Part shown: piece by piece, positions 9,357 through 18,429 of the stretch
Layout: every line of letters starts with the position of its first letter
Position numbering within the stretch: position 1 is the first letter of the stretch
Assembly: GCA_018697035.1 (NCBI GenBank)
Contig: JABHSE010000004.1
Location: 63,122 to 127,121 of the forward strand
Reading direction: 5' to 3'
Origin: an archaeon
Lineage (GTDB): Archaea > Nanobdellota > Nanobdellia > Pacearchaeales > GW2011-AR1
DNA length: 64,000 nt
Program-made: the position numbers and the translations under genes
The notes under the pieces: generated by a model
The model's input: the letters and a program-made list of their open reading frames with translations, nothing else
What the model was told of the DNA's origin: nothing
Databases searched by the model: none

Positions 9357-9974
9357 ATGGGATTATTCAGTAAAAAAGAAGAGGTGCCGAAAATACCGAC
9401 ATCTCCAGCATTACCTGAACTCCCAAAACTAGAACAACCCGAACCAAAAAAAGATCTACCAGAACTTCCATCTTTTCCTGCGACTTCTAAAAATGATAAT
9501 TTGAATCAAGAAATGGTAAAGTCCGCTGTAGTAGATACGCCATCTCCTGGAGAAAACGAAGTGAGTGGGCAAACAGCAACTCTGCCTGCAATAGAAAGTT
9601 CAAAAGAGAAGTCGTCAATTCCTCCAAAACCTTCCATTCAAAATCCCATATCATCTCCACCAAAAATGCCGCTAATCCCAGAGGCACCCAAGCCAACAGT
9701 AGAAGAGGTACCAAAAATACCAACTGTTCAATCCCCATCAAAACCGACTCAACATGCAAACGAACCAATCTTTATTAGAATAGATAAATTCCAAACCTCA
9801 CAAAAAAACTTCGAAACAATCAAAGACAAAGTTAGCCAAATAGAGTCAGTACTAAAAAAAATAAAAGACGTTAAATCACAAGAAGAAGAAGAATTAAAAG
9901 GTTGGGCTAAAGACGTCGAAAAAATAAAATCCCGATTGGGCGAAATCAACGACGACATATTCAACCAAATTTAA
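9357..9974 (+). CDS. hypothetical Pro-rich / coiled-coil protein
   Basis: 205-aa ORF with a P/E/K-rich N-terminal half and a coiled-coil-like C-terminus. Confidence 0.5.
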   Translation: MGLFSKKEEVPKIPTSPALPELPKLEQPEPKKDLPELPSFPATSKNDNLNQEMVKSAVVDTPSPGENEVSGQTATLPAIESSKEKSSIPPKPSIQNPISSPPKMPLIPEAPKPTVEEVPKIPTVQSPSKPTQHANEPIFIRIDKFQTSQKNFETIKDKVSQIESVLKKIKDVKSQEEEELKGWAKDVEKIKSRLGEINDDIFNQI

Positions 9975-9978
9975 AATC

Positions 9979-10332
9979 ATGGCCACAAAAGAAGAAATCT
10001 ACGTATCAATTCCTCCACTAGACTACAAAAAATCAAAATCAAACGTCCTAATGGCACAAGCTTCACTTCTCGAAACTCTCAAAAGACTCCACAATCTAAA
10101 AATCCTCTCGAGGCAAAAACAAGACCTCAAGCTCAAACTACGAAAACTAATATCATCAACCCTAACTCACATAGATTCAATCCAAAACAAAATCCCAAAA
10201 CCAAGTATCCCCAAAACAGTCCAAAAGAACCAAGAACCAAAATCCCAAACGAAACTAACATCCTCAAATAGAGACGACATAGAAGAAGAACTAAAAGTAA
10301 TCAATGAAAAACTTAGAGAGCTAAATTCTTAA
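9979..10332 (+). CDS. hypothetical coiled-coil protein
   Basis: 117-aa ORF immediately after 9357..9974. Confidence 0.5.
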   Translation: MATKEEIYVSIPPLDYKKSKSNVLMAQASLLETLKRLHNLKILSRQKQDLKLKLRKLISSTLTHIDSIQNKIPKPSIPKTVQKNQEPKSQTKLTSSNRDDIEEELKVINEKLRELNS

Positions 10333-10363
10333 AACTTAAAAACCCAATTCACTAGTTTTTACA

Positions 10364-12103
10364 ATGGAAAGAAAAGAACTAATAAAAAAATACATAGAAT
10401 TCTTCAAGTCGCACGCCCACACTCAAATCAAAAACTCATCTCTAGTCCCAGAGAACGACTCATCAGTTCTCTTCACAACAGCTGGTATGCACCCACTAGT
10501 CCCATATCTCTTAGGCCAATCACACCCGCAAGGGAAGAGGCTGGTAAATATTCAAAGATGCCTAAGAACGGACGATATAGAGGAAGCTGGAGATACAACG
10601 CATCACACATTTTTTGAAATGACAGGCAATTGGTCACTCGGAGATTACTGGAAAAAAGAGGCTATAGAAATGTCTTTCGAATTCGCAATAAAAGAATTAA
10701 AGTTGCCAAAAGAAAGAATAGCTGTAACGGTATTTGAAGGAGACGAAAAAGCTCCACGAGATGAAGAGTCAGTACAAATCTGGAAAGACCTTGGAATTTC
10801 AGAAGATAGAATAGCATATTTGCCAGGGAAAGACAACTGGTGGGGCCCCGCAGGAGAAACTGGGCCATGCGGACCATGCACAGAATTATTTTATTGGAAA
10901 CCAAATGATAGACCAACCCCAAAAGTTTTTGACCCAGAAGATGAAGAAAACTGGGTAGAGATATGGAACGATGTATTAATGGAATACAATAAGGACAAAA
11001 AAGGCGATTACAACAAAGCAACCCAACAAAACATAGATAATGGAAGAGGATTAGAAAGAATGCTTGCAGTGATAAATGGCTTCGAGGATAATTACCTAAC
11101 AGAAATATGGCAACCAATCATAAATAATATAGAATCATTATCAAACAAGTCATACAAAGAAAATAAAAAAGCAATGCGAATAATAGCCGACCACATCAAA
11201 GCTGCAGCCTTCATAATCAACGACGGAATAACACCAGGTAATGCCGACCAATCCTACGTCTTAAGGAGATTAATTAGAAGAGCAATTCGTCACGGACGGA
11301 CATTAGGCATCGAAAACTTTACAACAAAAATAGCAGAACCAATTTACAAAATCTACGACGACTATGATTTAGATAAAGAGAAAATTAATCAAGAACTACA
11401 AAAAGAAGAAGAAAGATTCCTAATAACATTAGAGCAAGGACTAAAAGTTTTCGAAAAAATAACACAAGATAAAAAAGAGATTAATTGTAAAGATGCCTTC
11501 CTATTGTATCAATCCTATGGTTTCCCAATAGAAATGACGAAAGAGTTAGCGTCGGAAAAAGGCATCACCCTAGACGAAGAAGGGTTCGAAAAAGAATGCA
11601 AGATACATCAAGACCTCTCAAGAACAGCATCCGCCGGAAAATTCAAATCAGGCCTAGCAGATAACTCCGAACAAACAACAAGACTCCACACAGCCTGCCA
11701 CATGTTAAACCAAGCACTACGAGAAGTTCTAAACGACAAAAACATAATGCAAAAAGGTTCCAACATAACTCCAGATAGATTAAGATTCGACTTCAACTTC
11801 GACAGAAAATTGACAACGGAAGAAAAGAAAGTAATAGAAGATTTAATGAACAAAAAAATAAAAGAGTCGCTCGAAGTTAACATGCAGGAAATGACACCAG
11901 AGGAAGCAAAAAAAGTAGGAGCAGTAGGAGTCTTCGACGACAAGTACGGTGACAAAGTAAAAGTCTACAAAATAGGAAACTTCTCAACCGAACTCTGCGC
12001 TGGACCTCATGTAGAAAACACCTCAGAACTAGGACATTTCAAAATCAAAAAAGAACAATCTTCGAGTGCAGGTGTTAGAAGAATTAAGGCAATCCTAGAA
12101 TAA
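10364..12103 (+). CDS. alaS: alanine--tRNA ligase, compact form
   Basis: FTTAGMHP...QRCLRTDD...HHTFFEMTGNWSLGDYWK class II AlaRS core, then editing-domain metal motifs HTACHML and ELCAGPHV and C-terminal GVRRIKA. Confidence 0.85.
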   Translation: MERKELIKKYIEFFKSHAHTQIKNSSLVPENDSSVLFTTAGMHPLVPYLLGQSHPQGKRLVNIQRCLRTDDIEEAGDTTHHTFFEMTGNWSLGDYWKKEAIEMSFEFAIKELKLPKERIAVTVFEGDEKAPRDEESVQIWKDLGISEDRIAYLPGKDNWWGPAGETGPCGPCTELFYWKPNDRPTPKVFDPEDEENWVEIWNDVLMEYNKDKKGDYNKATQQNIDNGRGLERMLAVINGFEDNYLTEIWQPIINNIESLSNKSYKENKKAMRIIADHIKAAAFIINDGITPGNADQSYVLRRLIRRAIRHGRTLGIENFTTKIAEPIYKIYDDYDLDKEKINQELQKEEERFLITLEQGLKVFEKITQDKKEINCKDAFLLYQSYGFPIEMTKELASEKGITLDEEGFEKECKIHQDLSRTASAGKFKSGLADNSEQTTRLHTACHMLNQALREVLNDKNIMQKGSNITPDRLRFDFNFDRKLTTEEKKVIEDLMNKKIKESLEVNMQEMTPEEAKKVGAVGVFDDKYGDKVKVYKIGNFSTELCAGPHVENTSELGHFKIKKEQSSSAGVRRIKAILE

Positions 12104-12111
12104 GTATACTT

Positions 12112-12582
12112 TCAAAATTTAGAAAACTTATTACCTAATCTCTTAATTTCATGCGCCATGTTGTCAACAATTCGGGAAACTCCCCTCTCCATCTCTCTGG
12201 AAACATACTCCAATCCCACACTCTCAAAAAGATTAGATGCAGTTTTATCCCCACTATAAAGTCCAATTATTTTAGGATGTTCATCCATTAGAGTAGGAGC
12301 GAGATGATACCATTCAGGTCTCTGAGACTCATGCATTCTACGAAAATTATTTTCCTCATTATCTTTTTCAGCTATAGCCATACCCTCACTCATGACATTA
12401 TAAACAATATCCTTAGTCACATCACCCTCCAACGCAAGAAGCGCTTTCTTATCACTAACAAGTTCTCCAAAAAAGTGCCTATTACTAATACCGATACTTC
12501 TATTTTTAAAAATAGGTTCGAAATAATGTTCAAAAGAAGGCTCTTCTATATATCGCCTAATCAAAATAATTCCACTTCCCAT
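12112..12582 (-). CDS. hypothetical protein
   Basis: 156-aa ORF with no motif recognised. Confidence 0.5.
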   Translation of the reverse strand: MGSGIILIRRYIEEPSFEHYFEPIFKNRSIGISNRHFFGELVSDKKALLALEGDVTKDIVYNVMSEGMAIAEKDNEENNFRRMHESQRPEWYHLAPTLMDEHPKIIGLYSGDKTASNLFESVGLEYVSREMERGVSRIVDNMAHEIKRLGNKFSKF

Positions 12583-12630
12583 GCAAAATAAATTACTCTA
12601 TTCTTTATAAAAATTCATATACCAAACTAT

Positions 12631-13026
12631 CTACTTCTTCCCTTTCCGAACCCGCTCCAAAATCTCCTCAATCATCCGCTCCGCCTTCCGGTTCACCTTA
12701 TAATCATACTCCAACTTAATCCTATCCTTCTGCGCCTGCCTATTCTGACTCATCAATATCACCGGAGCCTGCAACGCCGCAATACAACTTAAAACCAAAT
12801 TCAACAAAATAAAAGGATACGGATCCCATTCACCAACCCAAGCATAAACATTAACGACCATCCAAATCCCAAGAAAAATCAAAAACCCAATAATAAAAAC
12901 CCAACTTCCAGCCCACCTAGCTATCCCATCAGCCGCCATCTCTCCAATCGATCTTTTCTTCCCAGAAACCTTAGCCAAAACACCGTTGCCACTCTTTGTC
13001 ACCATAACATACAAAACCAAACCCAC
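12631..13026 (-). CDS. DUF1003 family membrane protein
   Basis: Two TM segments followed by PYPFILLNL...QAPVILMSQNRQ, typical of DUF1003. Confidence 0.7.
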   Translation of the reverse strand: MGLVLYVMVTKSGNGVLAKVSGKKRSIGEMAADGIARWAGSWVFIIGFLIFLGIWMVVNVYAWVGEWDPYPFILLNLVLSCIAALQAPVILMSQNRQAQKDRIKLEYDYKVNRKAERMIEEILERVRKGKK

Positions 13027-13050
13027 TTTAAATAACTAGTCATTATCAAA

Positions 13051-13425
13051 GTGTCATCACTCAATAGTAAGACTTATAAAACAGAAACAGCATCCCAATT
13101 CATGAAAAGACAAATAGGTTTTTTATCGAAAGATGAACCGGGTGCACAAGCGAAATATAGTGAACATAACGGAAGTTTTATCAAAGTAGCAGATGGGAAA
13201 AAAGGAATGTCGGGAATACTAAGATCGTGCAAATACTCTGAAGGTGTTTACGAGTTTACATTCGATAAGTATATAGAATACGGACCAGACGAATTACCAA
13301 TAATTACAGAAAAAAAATCCTCTATAGAAATAGTAAGGGGATCTTCAACAGTAATTCCATCAAGTTTCTCAATAGAAGAATACGTAGAAAAAGAAATAGC
13401 AGCAATAAAAAATAAAACTAGTTAG
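13051..13425 (+). CDS. hypothetical protein (GTG start in track; alternative ATG at 13102)
   Basis: 124-aa ORF sharing a G.Y(E/D)FTFD(K/R) motif with 16402..16680. Confidence 0.4.
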   Translation: MSSLNSKTYKTETASQFMKRQIGFLSKDEPGAQAKYSEHNGSFIKVADGKKGMSGILRSCKYSEGVYEFTFDKYIEYGPDELPIITEKKSSIEIVRGSSTVIPSSFSIEEYVEKEIAAIKNKTS

Positions 13426-13427
13426 TT

Positions 13428-16361
13428 TCACTCTAAATAAATAGCAGCCATCCCCGGCTTCGCTTTCTTGGCTATATTCTTCGGATCAACCTTCCCAGAA
13501 TCATTCACGGCAAAAACTTCCACCTTCTTACCAACACCCTTAGAAATCTTCTTAGCATCAACATCCCCAATCTCAAACGGCATCACATAAACATAAACTC
13601 TTCTAGTATCCTCTTTAACAATTCCCTTAACTCTATCAATAATCTTAGAATTCAAATCCCCATTATCCTCATCTCCCAAAATCTTCTCCTCATCAACCTC
13701 AGGCCAAGCCGCAACAGAAACCAACCCCTCACCTCCCATCTTCTCCCAAAGCTCCTCCGCAATATGCGGACAAATAGGACTAAATAATTTCAAAAATTTA
13801 GAAGCAATATCCTTAGAACAACCACTACTCATCAAACCAAACAACTCCCGAAGCTCAATCGTCGCCTTCCGATATTTAAAGTTGCCATAATATTCCTCAA
13901 TATTCTTAACAGCCAAATTCAATCTAGAGACCAACTCATCAGAATCTTTCAAATTTTTACGAGAATCATAAAATCCATAAACCTTCCGAATAAATCTAGC
14001 ACTTCCAACAATCCCCTTTTCCGACCAATCAATATCCTTATCAGGAGAAGCCAACCCACTCAAGAAAAACCGCGCAGTATCAATTCCATACTTTCCAGAA
14101 ACAACTTCAGGCAAAACAACATTCCCAAGACTCTTACTCATCTTCCGCCCATCTTCAGCATGCAACATCCCCTGATGAAACAACTTACTAAACGGCTCGT
14201 CAAAATCAAGCACTCCAATATCCCGCAAGAACTTAACATAAAATCTACTGTAAAGCAAATGCATACAAGCATGCTCAGCTCCACCAATATAAACATCAAC
14301 CGGATTCCAAGCATTAACCTTCCTAGAGTCAAAAATCTTCTTAGAATTATCAGGGTCACAATACCTCAAAAAATACCAAGACGAATTAACAAACGTATCC
14401 ATAGTATCACTCTCTCGCCTACCAATCTTACCACACTTAGGACATTCAGCCTTCAACCATTCCTCATTACTCTCCAACGGATTCCCTTCACCAAACTTAA
14501 CATCCTTAGGCAACACAATAGGTAAATCTTTCTCAGGAACCGGAACAGCACCACAATCCTCACAGTAAACAATCGGAATCGGCGTCCCCCAATATCTCTG
14601 ACGACTAACTCCCCAATCCCTAAGTTTAAAATTAACAACCTCTTTTGCTTTATTACTTTCAGCCAACCAAGCAGCAATTTCCTTTTTAGCTTTTCCGCTA
14701 TTTATTCCATCAAAATCCCCAGAGTCAATCAAGACACCATCCCCAGTATGAACTTCCTTTCCATTATTATACCATTCCAACATCTCAGAAAGCTCAGCAA
14801 CAGGAGTCAACTTATCCAAGTCAGAAACAGAATTCCATTCAACCTCATGTTTTTCAGCTTCCTTATCGTCCAAATCTTTTTGAGTCTTACTAGTCAACCG
14901 AAAAACAAAAACACTAGAAAGAACAGACCTATTAACTTTTTTATGGGCAGCATAAAATAGAACATGCATTTTGTATGGCATCTCCTTAACCAACTCAAAA
15001 TTTTGATAACCAGTTTCTTCCTTAACTTCTCTAATGGCAGAATCAACCGCTTCTTCGCCTTCATCAATGCCACCAGTAACAGGAGTAAGCCACGGAAGTT
15101 TCTTATTCCTCAGAGCAATAAATTTATCACCTTTCTCATTTAAAACTATAGCATGTATAATGTCTCTCTCGGTATTTTCAGCATCCTTTCTGGGAGGATT
15201 CTCTTCATCAAGAAATGAAGGAGCAACAACCTGCCTAATCTCAATCCCATACTTAGTCGCAAAATCAAAATCCCTCTTATCATGCGCCGGAACCCCCATA
15301 ACCATTCCACTCCCATAATCAGCAATAACAAAATTCCCAATCCAAATCGGAACGCTCTCCCCATTCGCCGGATTCATGGCATAACTCCCACTAAAAACAC
15401 CCTCCTTATCAAGCTTCCCAATATCCTTCTCACTAGTCGACTTAATCTTCTTCAAAAACTTATCAACATCTTTCCTCTGCTTATCAGTCACCAACTCATC
15501 CAACCTATCGTGCCCAGCTGCAACAACCATAAAAGTAACCCCAAAGATAGTATCAGGCCGAGTCGTAAAAACCTTCCAGATATTCTTGCCCGAACCCCCG
15601 AACCCCCGAACCCCCGAACCACCTGAAATCTCGAAAGAGATTTCTGTCCCCTCACTCCGCCCAATCCAATTCCTCTGCATAGTCTTCGTCCTCTCCGGCC
15701 AATCAATCTTATCCAACCCCGCCAACAACTCATCAGCATACTCCGTCGTCTTGAAAAACCACTGCTTCAACTTCTTCACATGGACCTCCGTATCCTCATG
15801 CCTCCAACACTTCCCCTCGTTAACCTGCTCATTCGCAAGAACAGTATTACACTCAGGACACCAATTAACCGAAGCCTCCTTCTGATAAGCAAGTCCCTTC
15901 TCGAGCATCTTCAAAAAAATCCACTGGTCCCATTTGTAAAAATCAGGTGAAGCAGTATTAACCATTCGAGACCAATCATAACTAAGACCTAGCGCCTTCT
16001 GTTGGTTAACATAATTATCAATAGCGTCACTAGTATACTTCTCAGGATGAATCCCAGCCTTAATCGCAGCATTCTCCGCAGGCAAACCCAAGGCATCGAA
16101 CCCCATAGGATGAAGCACATTAAAACCCTGCATAATCTTAAACCGAGCCAAAATATCACCAATCGTATAATTCCAAGCATGCCCCATATGCAACCCAGTT
16201 CCACTCGGATATGGAAACATTTCTAAAACATAAAATGGTTCTTTCTTACTTTTAGCATCAACCTTGCCCGAAGCCGAGGGTACACCTTGAGTGCAAAAAG
16301 TCTTTTTAGCAGCCCACCTATCCTGCCACTTCCTCTCAATCCCAGCAAAATCTATATCCAT
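13428..16361 (-). CDS. leuS: leucine--tRNA ligase with internal Nudix-domain insertion
   Basis: HMGH (LHMGHAWNY) and KMSKS (RKMSKSLGN) class I signatures, CP1 editing motifs (VFTTRPDTIFG, GVPAHDKRDF), and a Nudix box GGIDEGEEAVDSAIREVKEETGY. Confidence 0.9.
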   Translation of the reverse strand: MDIDFAGIERKWQDRWAAKKTFCTQGVPSASGKVDAKSKKEPFYVLEMFPYPSGTGLHMGHAWNYTIGDILARFKIMQGFNVLHPMGFDALGLPAENAAIKAGIHPEKYTSDAIDNYVNQQKALGLSYDWSRMVNTASPDFYKWDQWIFLKMLEKGLAYQKEASVNWCPECNTVLANEQVNEGKCWRHEDTEVHVKKLKQWFFKTTEYADELLAGLDKIDWPERTKTMQRNWIGRSEGTEISFEISGGSGVRGFGGSGKNIWKVFTTRPDTIFGVTFMVVAAGHDRLDELVTDKQRKDVDKFLKKIKSTSEKDIGKLDKEGVFSGSYAMNPANGESVPIWIGNFVIADYGSGMVMGVPAHDKRDFDFATKYGIEIRQVVAPSFLDEENPPRKDAENTERDIIHAIVLNEKGDKFIALRNKKLPWLTPVTGGIDEGEEAVDSAIREVKEETGYQNFELVKEMPYKMHVLFYAAHKKVNRSVLSSVFVFRLTSKTQKDLDDKEAEKHEVEWNSVSDLDKLTPVAELSEMLEWYNNGKEVHTGDGVLIDSGDFDGINSGKAKKEIAAWLAESNKAKEVVNFKLRDWGVSRQRYWGTPIPIVYCEDCGAVPVPEKDLPIVLPKDVKFGEGNPLESNEEWLKAECPKCGKIGRRESDTMDTFVNSSWYFLRYCDPDNSKKIFDSRKVNAWNPVDVYIGGAEHACMHLLYSRFYVKFLRDIGVLDFDEPFSKLFHQGMLHAEDGRKMSKSLGNVVLPEVVSGKYGIDTARFFLSGLASPDKDIDWSEKGIVGSARFIRKVYGFYDSRKNLKDSDELVSRLNLAVKNIEEYYGNFKYRKATIELRELFGLMSSGCSKDIASKFLKLFSPICPHIAEELWEKMGGEGLVSVAAWPEVDEEKILGDEDNGDLNSKIIDRVKGIVKEDTRRVYVYVMPFEIGDVDAKKISKGVGKKVEVFAVNDSGKVDPKNIAKKAKPGMAAIYLE
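15589..15623 (-). repeat. in-frame 8-nt microsatellite (GGGGGTTC)x3, a G-quadruplex-type motif on the sense strand of leuS
   Basis: The plus strand reads cccgaacccccgaacccccgaacccccgaaccacc. The sense strand has G5-TTC-G5-TTC-G5-TTC-G3 and encodes GGSGVRGFGGSG. Confidence 0.8.
16264..16294 (-). repeat. short (hairpin-less) F1-related copy near the leuS 5' end
   Basis: ttgcccgaagccgagggtacaccttgagtgc keeps both F1 flanks (TTGCCCGA.., GAGGGTACAC..GTGC) and encodes TQGVPSASGK. Confidence 0.6.
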
Positions 16362-16401
16362 AACAAAACAAAACTTGTTATATTTAAAAATTCTCTCATT
16401 A

Positions 16402-16680
16402 CTAAAAAGAGTTTTCTAATCTCTTGTTTCCAGCAAAATCAGCATTTTTTTTAATTATATTAAATTTGGTCACACGAATACCAAGCAAAGCATCACGATC
16501 AAAAGTAAAATCATAACCACTAGAATTAATAAAATCAACAATACCGCGAGAAGTATATCTTTTCCCATCTCTTTCCCATTCAGACATGTCTCCAATCTTC
16601 CATTGCTTTAATGCCATGTAGGGCTTATTTATATTTCCAGACATAACAATTCTACGGCGTGACTCATTATAATTATCCAT
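16402..16680 (-). CDS. hypothetical protein
   Basis: 92-aa ORF. Confidence 0.45.
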   Translation of the reverse strand: MDNYNESRRRIVMSGNINKPYMALKQWKIGDMSEWERDGKRYTSRGIVDFINSSGYDFTFDRDALLGIRVTKFNIIKKNADFAGNKRLENSF

Positions 16681-16989
16681 CTAAACCCACCCCCTTTCAT
16701 TTTTTTTTAAAATAAAAAAAATGACTGAACTTTCTATGAAGGTACTGACATTCAATTTACGATAAATATATAATACAACCATTTTAAAAAAAACGATCGC
16801 ACTCACAAGAGTACGACAGTCAGGACTAGAATCAAAACCAAAAACATCGAGCCTAATCCTTCCATTCCAAAGAAACTAGACTAAACTTTAAAAAACTTTC
16901 GAACTCATCAAATACAACCCAAATCCTTAAAAACCAAAACCTCCCCAAACAACCAGGTGATCAGCCACAGACTGCTTCTGTAAAACAAT

Positions 16990-18063
16990 ATGGTAGATCA
17001 AAGAACAATACAATTAGCAAAACTAGTAGTAGACTATGCATTAAAAGTCAAAAAAGGAGAAAATGTAATACTATCAGGCGGAATCGAAGCCGAACCATTC
17101 CTGCTATCCCTCTACAAAGAAGTTGTCCTAAGAGGCGCCCACCCAGACTTCCGAATCAATATCAGAGAAACCGCACCTTTCTTTTTCAAACATGCACAAC
17201 CTCATCAAATCGAAAAATTTCCAGATTCATTCAACTACCAAGTCAAAAACGCACAAAAATACGTAGGTATACTAACCGACACCAATACTCGTAGCCTAGC
17301 AAATTCCGACCCAAAAAAAATGACAGCACGACAAAAAGTAATCAAACCAATATCAACCTACATCTGCAACGGAAAACCATACATCCAAAGAAGCTCCGTC
17401 GCCTACCCCTGTCAAGCCCTAGCGCAAGATGCAGAAATGAGCCTAACGGATTACGAAAACTTCGTCTACGGAGCATGTCTCCAGGATTGGGACAAAATCG
17501 GGAAAGAGATGAATGAAATCTTAGAAATATTTAAACAAGGAAAATCAGTTCACCTAATCGGCGAAGGCGTAGACTTAAAGTTCCAAATCAAAGGCTCATT
17601 AGCAAAATCAGATCTCGACGGAGAAAACATCCCAATGGGAGAAGTCTTCATGGCACCAGTTAGAGAATCACTAAATGGCTGGATAAAATTCGACTATCCA
17701 GCAATAGAAGCATCAAAAGAAGTAACTGATATTTACCTAAAGTTCAAAGACGGAAAAGTAGTAGAAAGCTCAGCTTCAAAGAATGAAGATTTCCTAAAAG
17801 AAATGTTATCGGCAGACGAAAACGCTTCCTACGTAGGAGAATTCGGAATAGGTATGAATCCAAAAGTCAACAAGTTCACAAAGAATTTATTATTCGACGA
17901 AAAAATGGGTGGAACAATTCACCTAGCCCTAGGAGCAGCCTACAAAGAAAACGGCGGCGGCAACGACTCAATAATCCACTGGGACATAGTCAAAGACATG
18001 AGCAAAGCAAAAATAATTCTAGATGGGAAAATTGTTCAAGAAAACGCAAATTGGAAAATTTAG
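16990..18063 (+). CDS. aminopeptidase, M29 (AmpS/PepS-like) family
   Basis: Length and motifs GEFGIGMNP, GGTIHLALG and IHWDIV match thermophilic metalloaminopeptidases. Confidence 0.8.
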   Translation: MVDQRTIQLAKLVVDYALKVKKGENVILSGGIEAEPFLLSLYKEVVLRGAHPDFRINIRETAPFFFKHAQPHQIEKFPDSFNYQVKNAQKYVGILTDTNTRSLANSDPKKMTARQKVIKPISTYICNGKPYIQRSSVAYPCQALAQDAEMSLTDYENFVYGACLQDWDKIGKEMNEILEIFKQGKSVHLIGEGVDLKFQIKGSLAKSDLDGENIPMGEVFMAPVRESLNGWIKFDYPAIEASKEVTDIYLKFKDGKVVESSASKNEDFLKEMLSADENASYVGEFGIGMNPKVNKFTKNLLFDEKMGGTIHLALGAAYKENGGGNDSIIHWDIVKDMSKAKIILDGKIVQENANWKI

Positions 18064-18131
18064 CTATATTTAATCTTAGCTCACCAGAGATACCTAAAGG
18101 GTTAAAAACCAAATCACTTTCACACCAATAC

Positions 18132-18292
18132 GCTCCGTTAGTCTAGTGGCCAAGGATGCCGCCCTCTCAAAGAGGTGGAAAGCCCTCGTCGGTGAGACAA
18201 CGGCTTTATGTTCGCTTGAACAACCACTTGAATCTCTCCTGAGATTCTTTTGGAGAACGGCGGTGACCCGGGTTCAAATCCCGGACGGAGCG
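18132..18292 (+). tRNA. tRNA-Glu(CUC) with a roughly 88-nt intron at the canonical anticodon-loop position
   Basis: Hand fold: acceptor GCTCCGT/ACGGAGC, D arm GTCT-AGTGGCCAA-GGAT, anticodon stem CCGCC/GGCGG, loop CTCTCA.., T arm CCGGG-TTCAAAT-CCCGG. The intron is about 18170-18257, with BHB-like pairing CTCT/GGAG. Confidence 0.8.
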
Positions 18293-18429
18293 TTTTTATT
18301 TCAGGATTTGTTTAAAGTAAATATTTGGGTTTTCTTTAGGAATTTTTAATTCTGTGTCCGAGCTTCTCTGAAGTGAAGGTAAATTGGAATTCCTCAGAAT
18401 TTCATGCCATCAAGACGAGGACGGAGCGT

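Noticed and set aside
18146-18349. 67-aa plus-strand ORF
   Set aside because: It lies within tRNA-Glu(CUC) and its intron.
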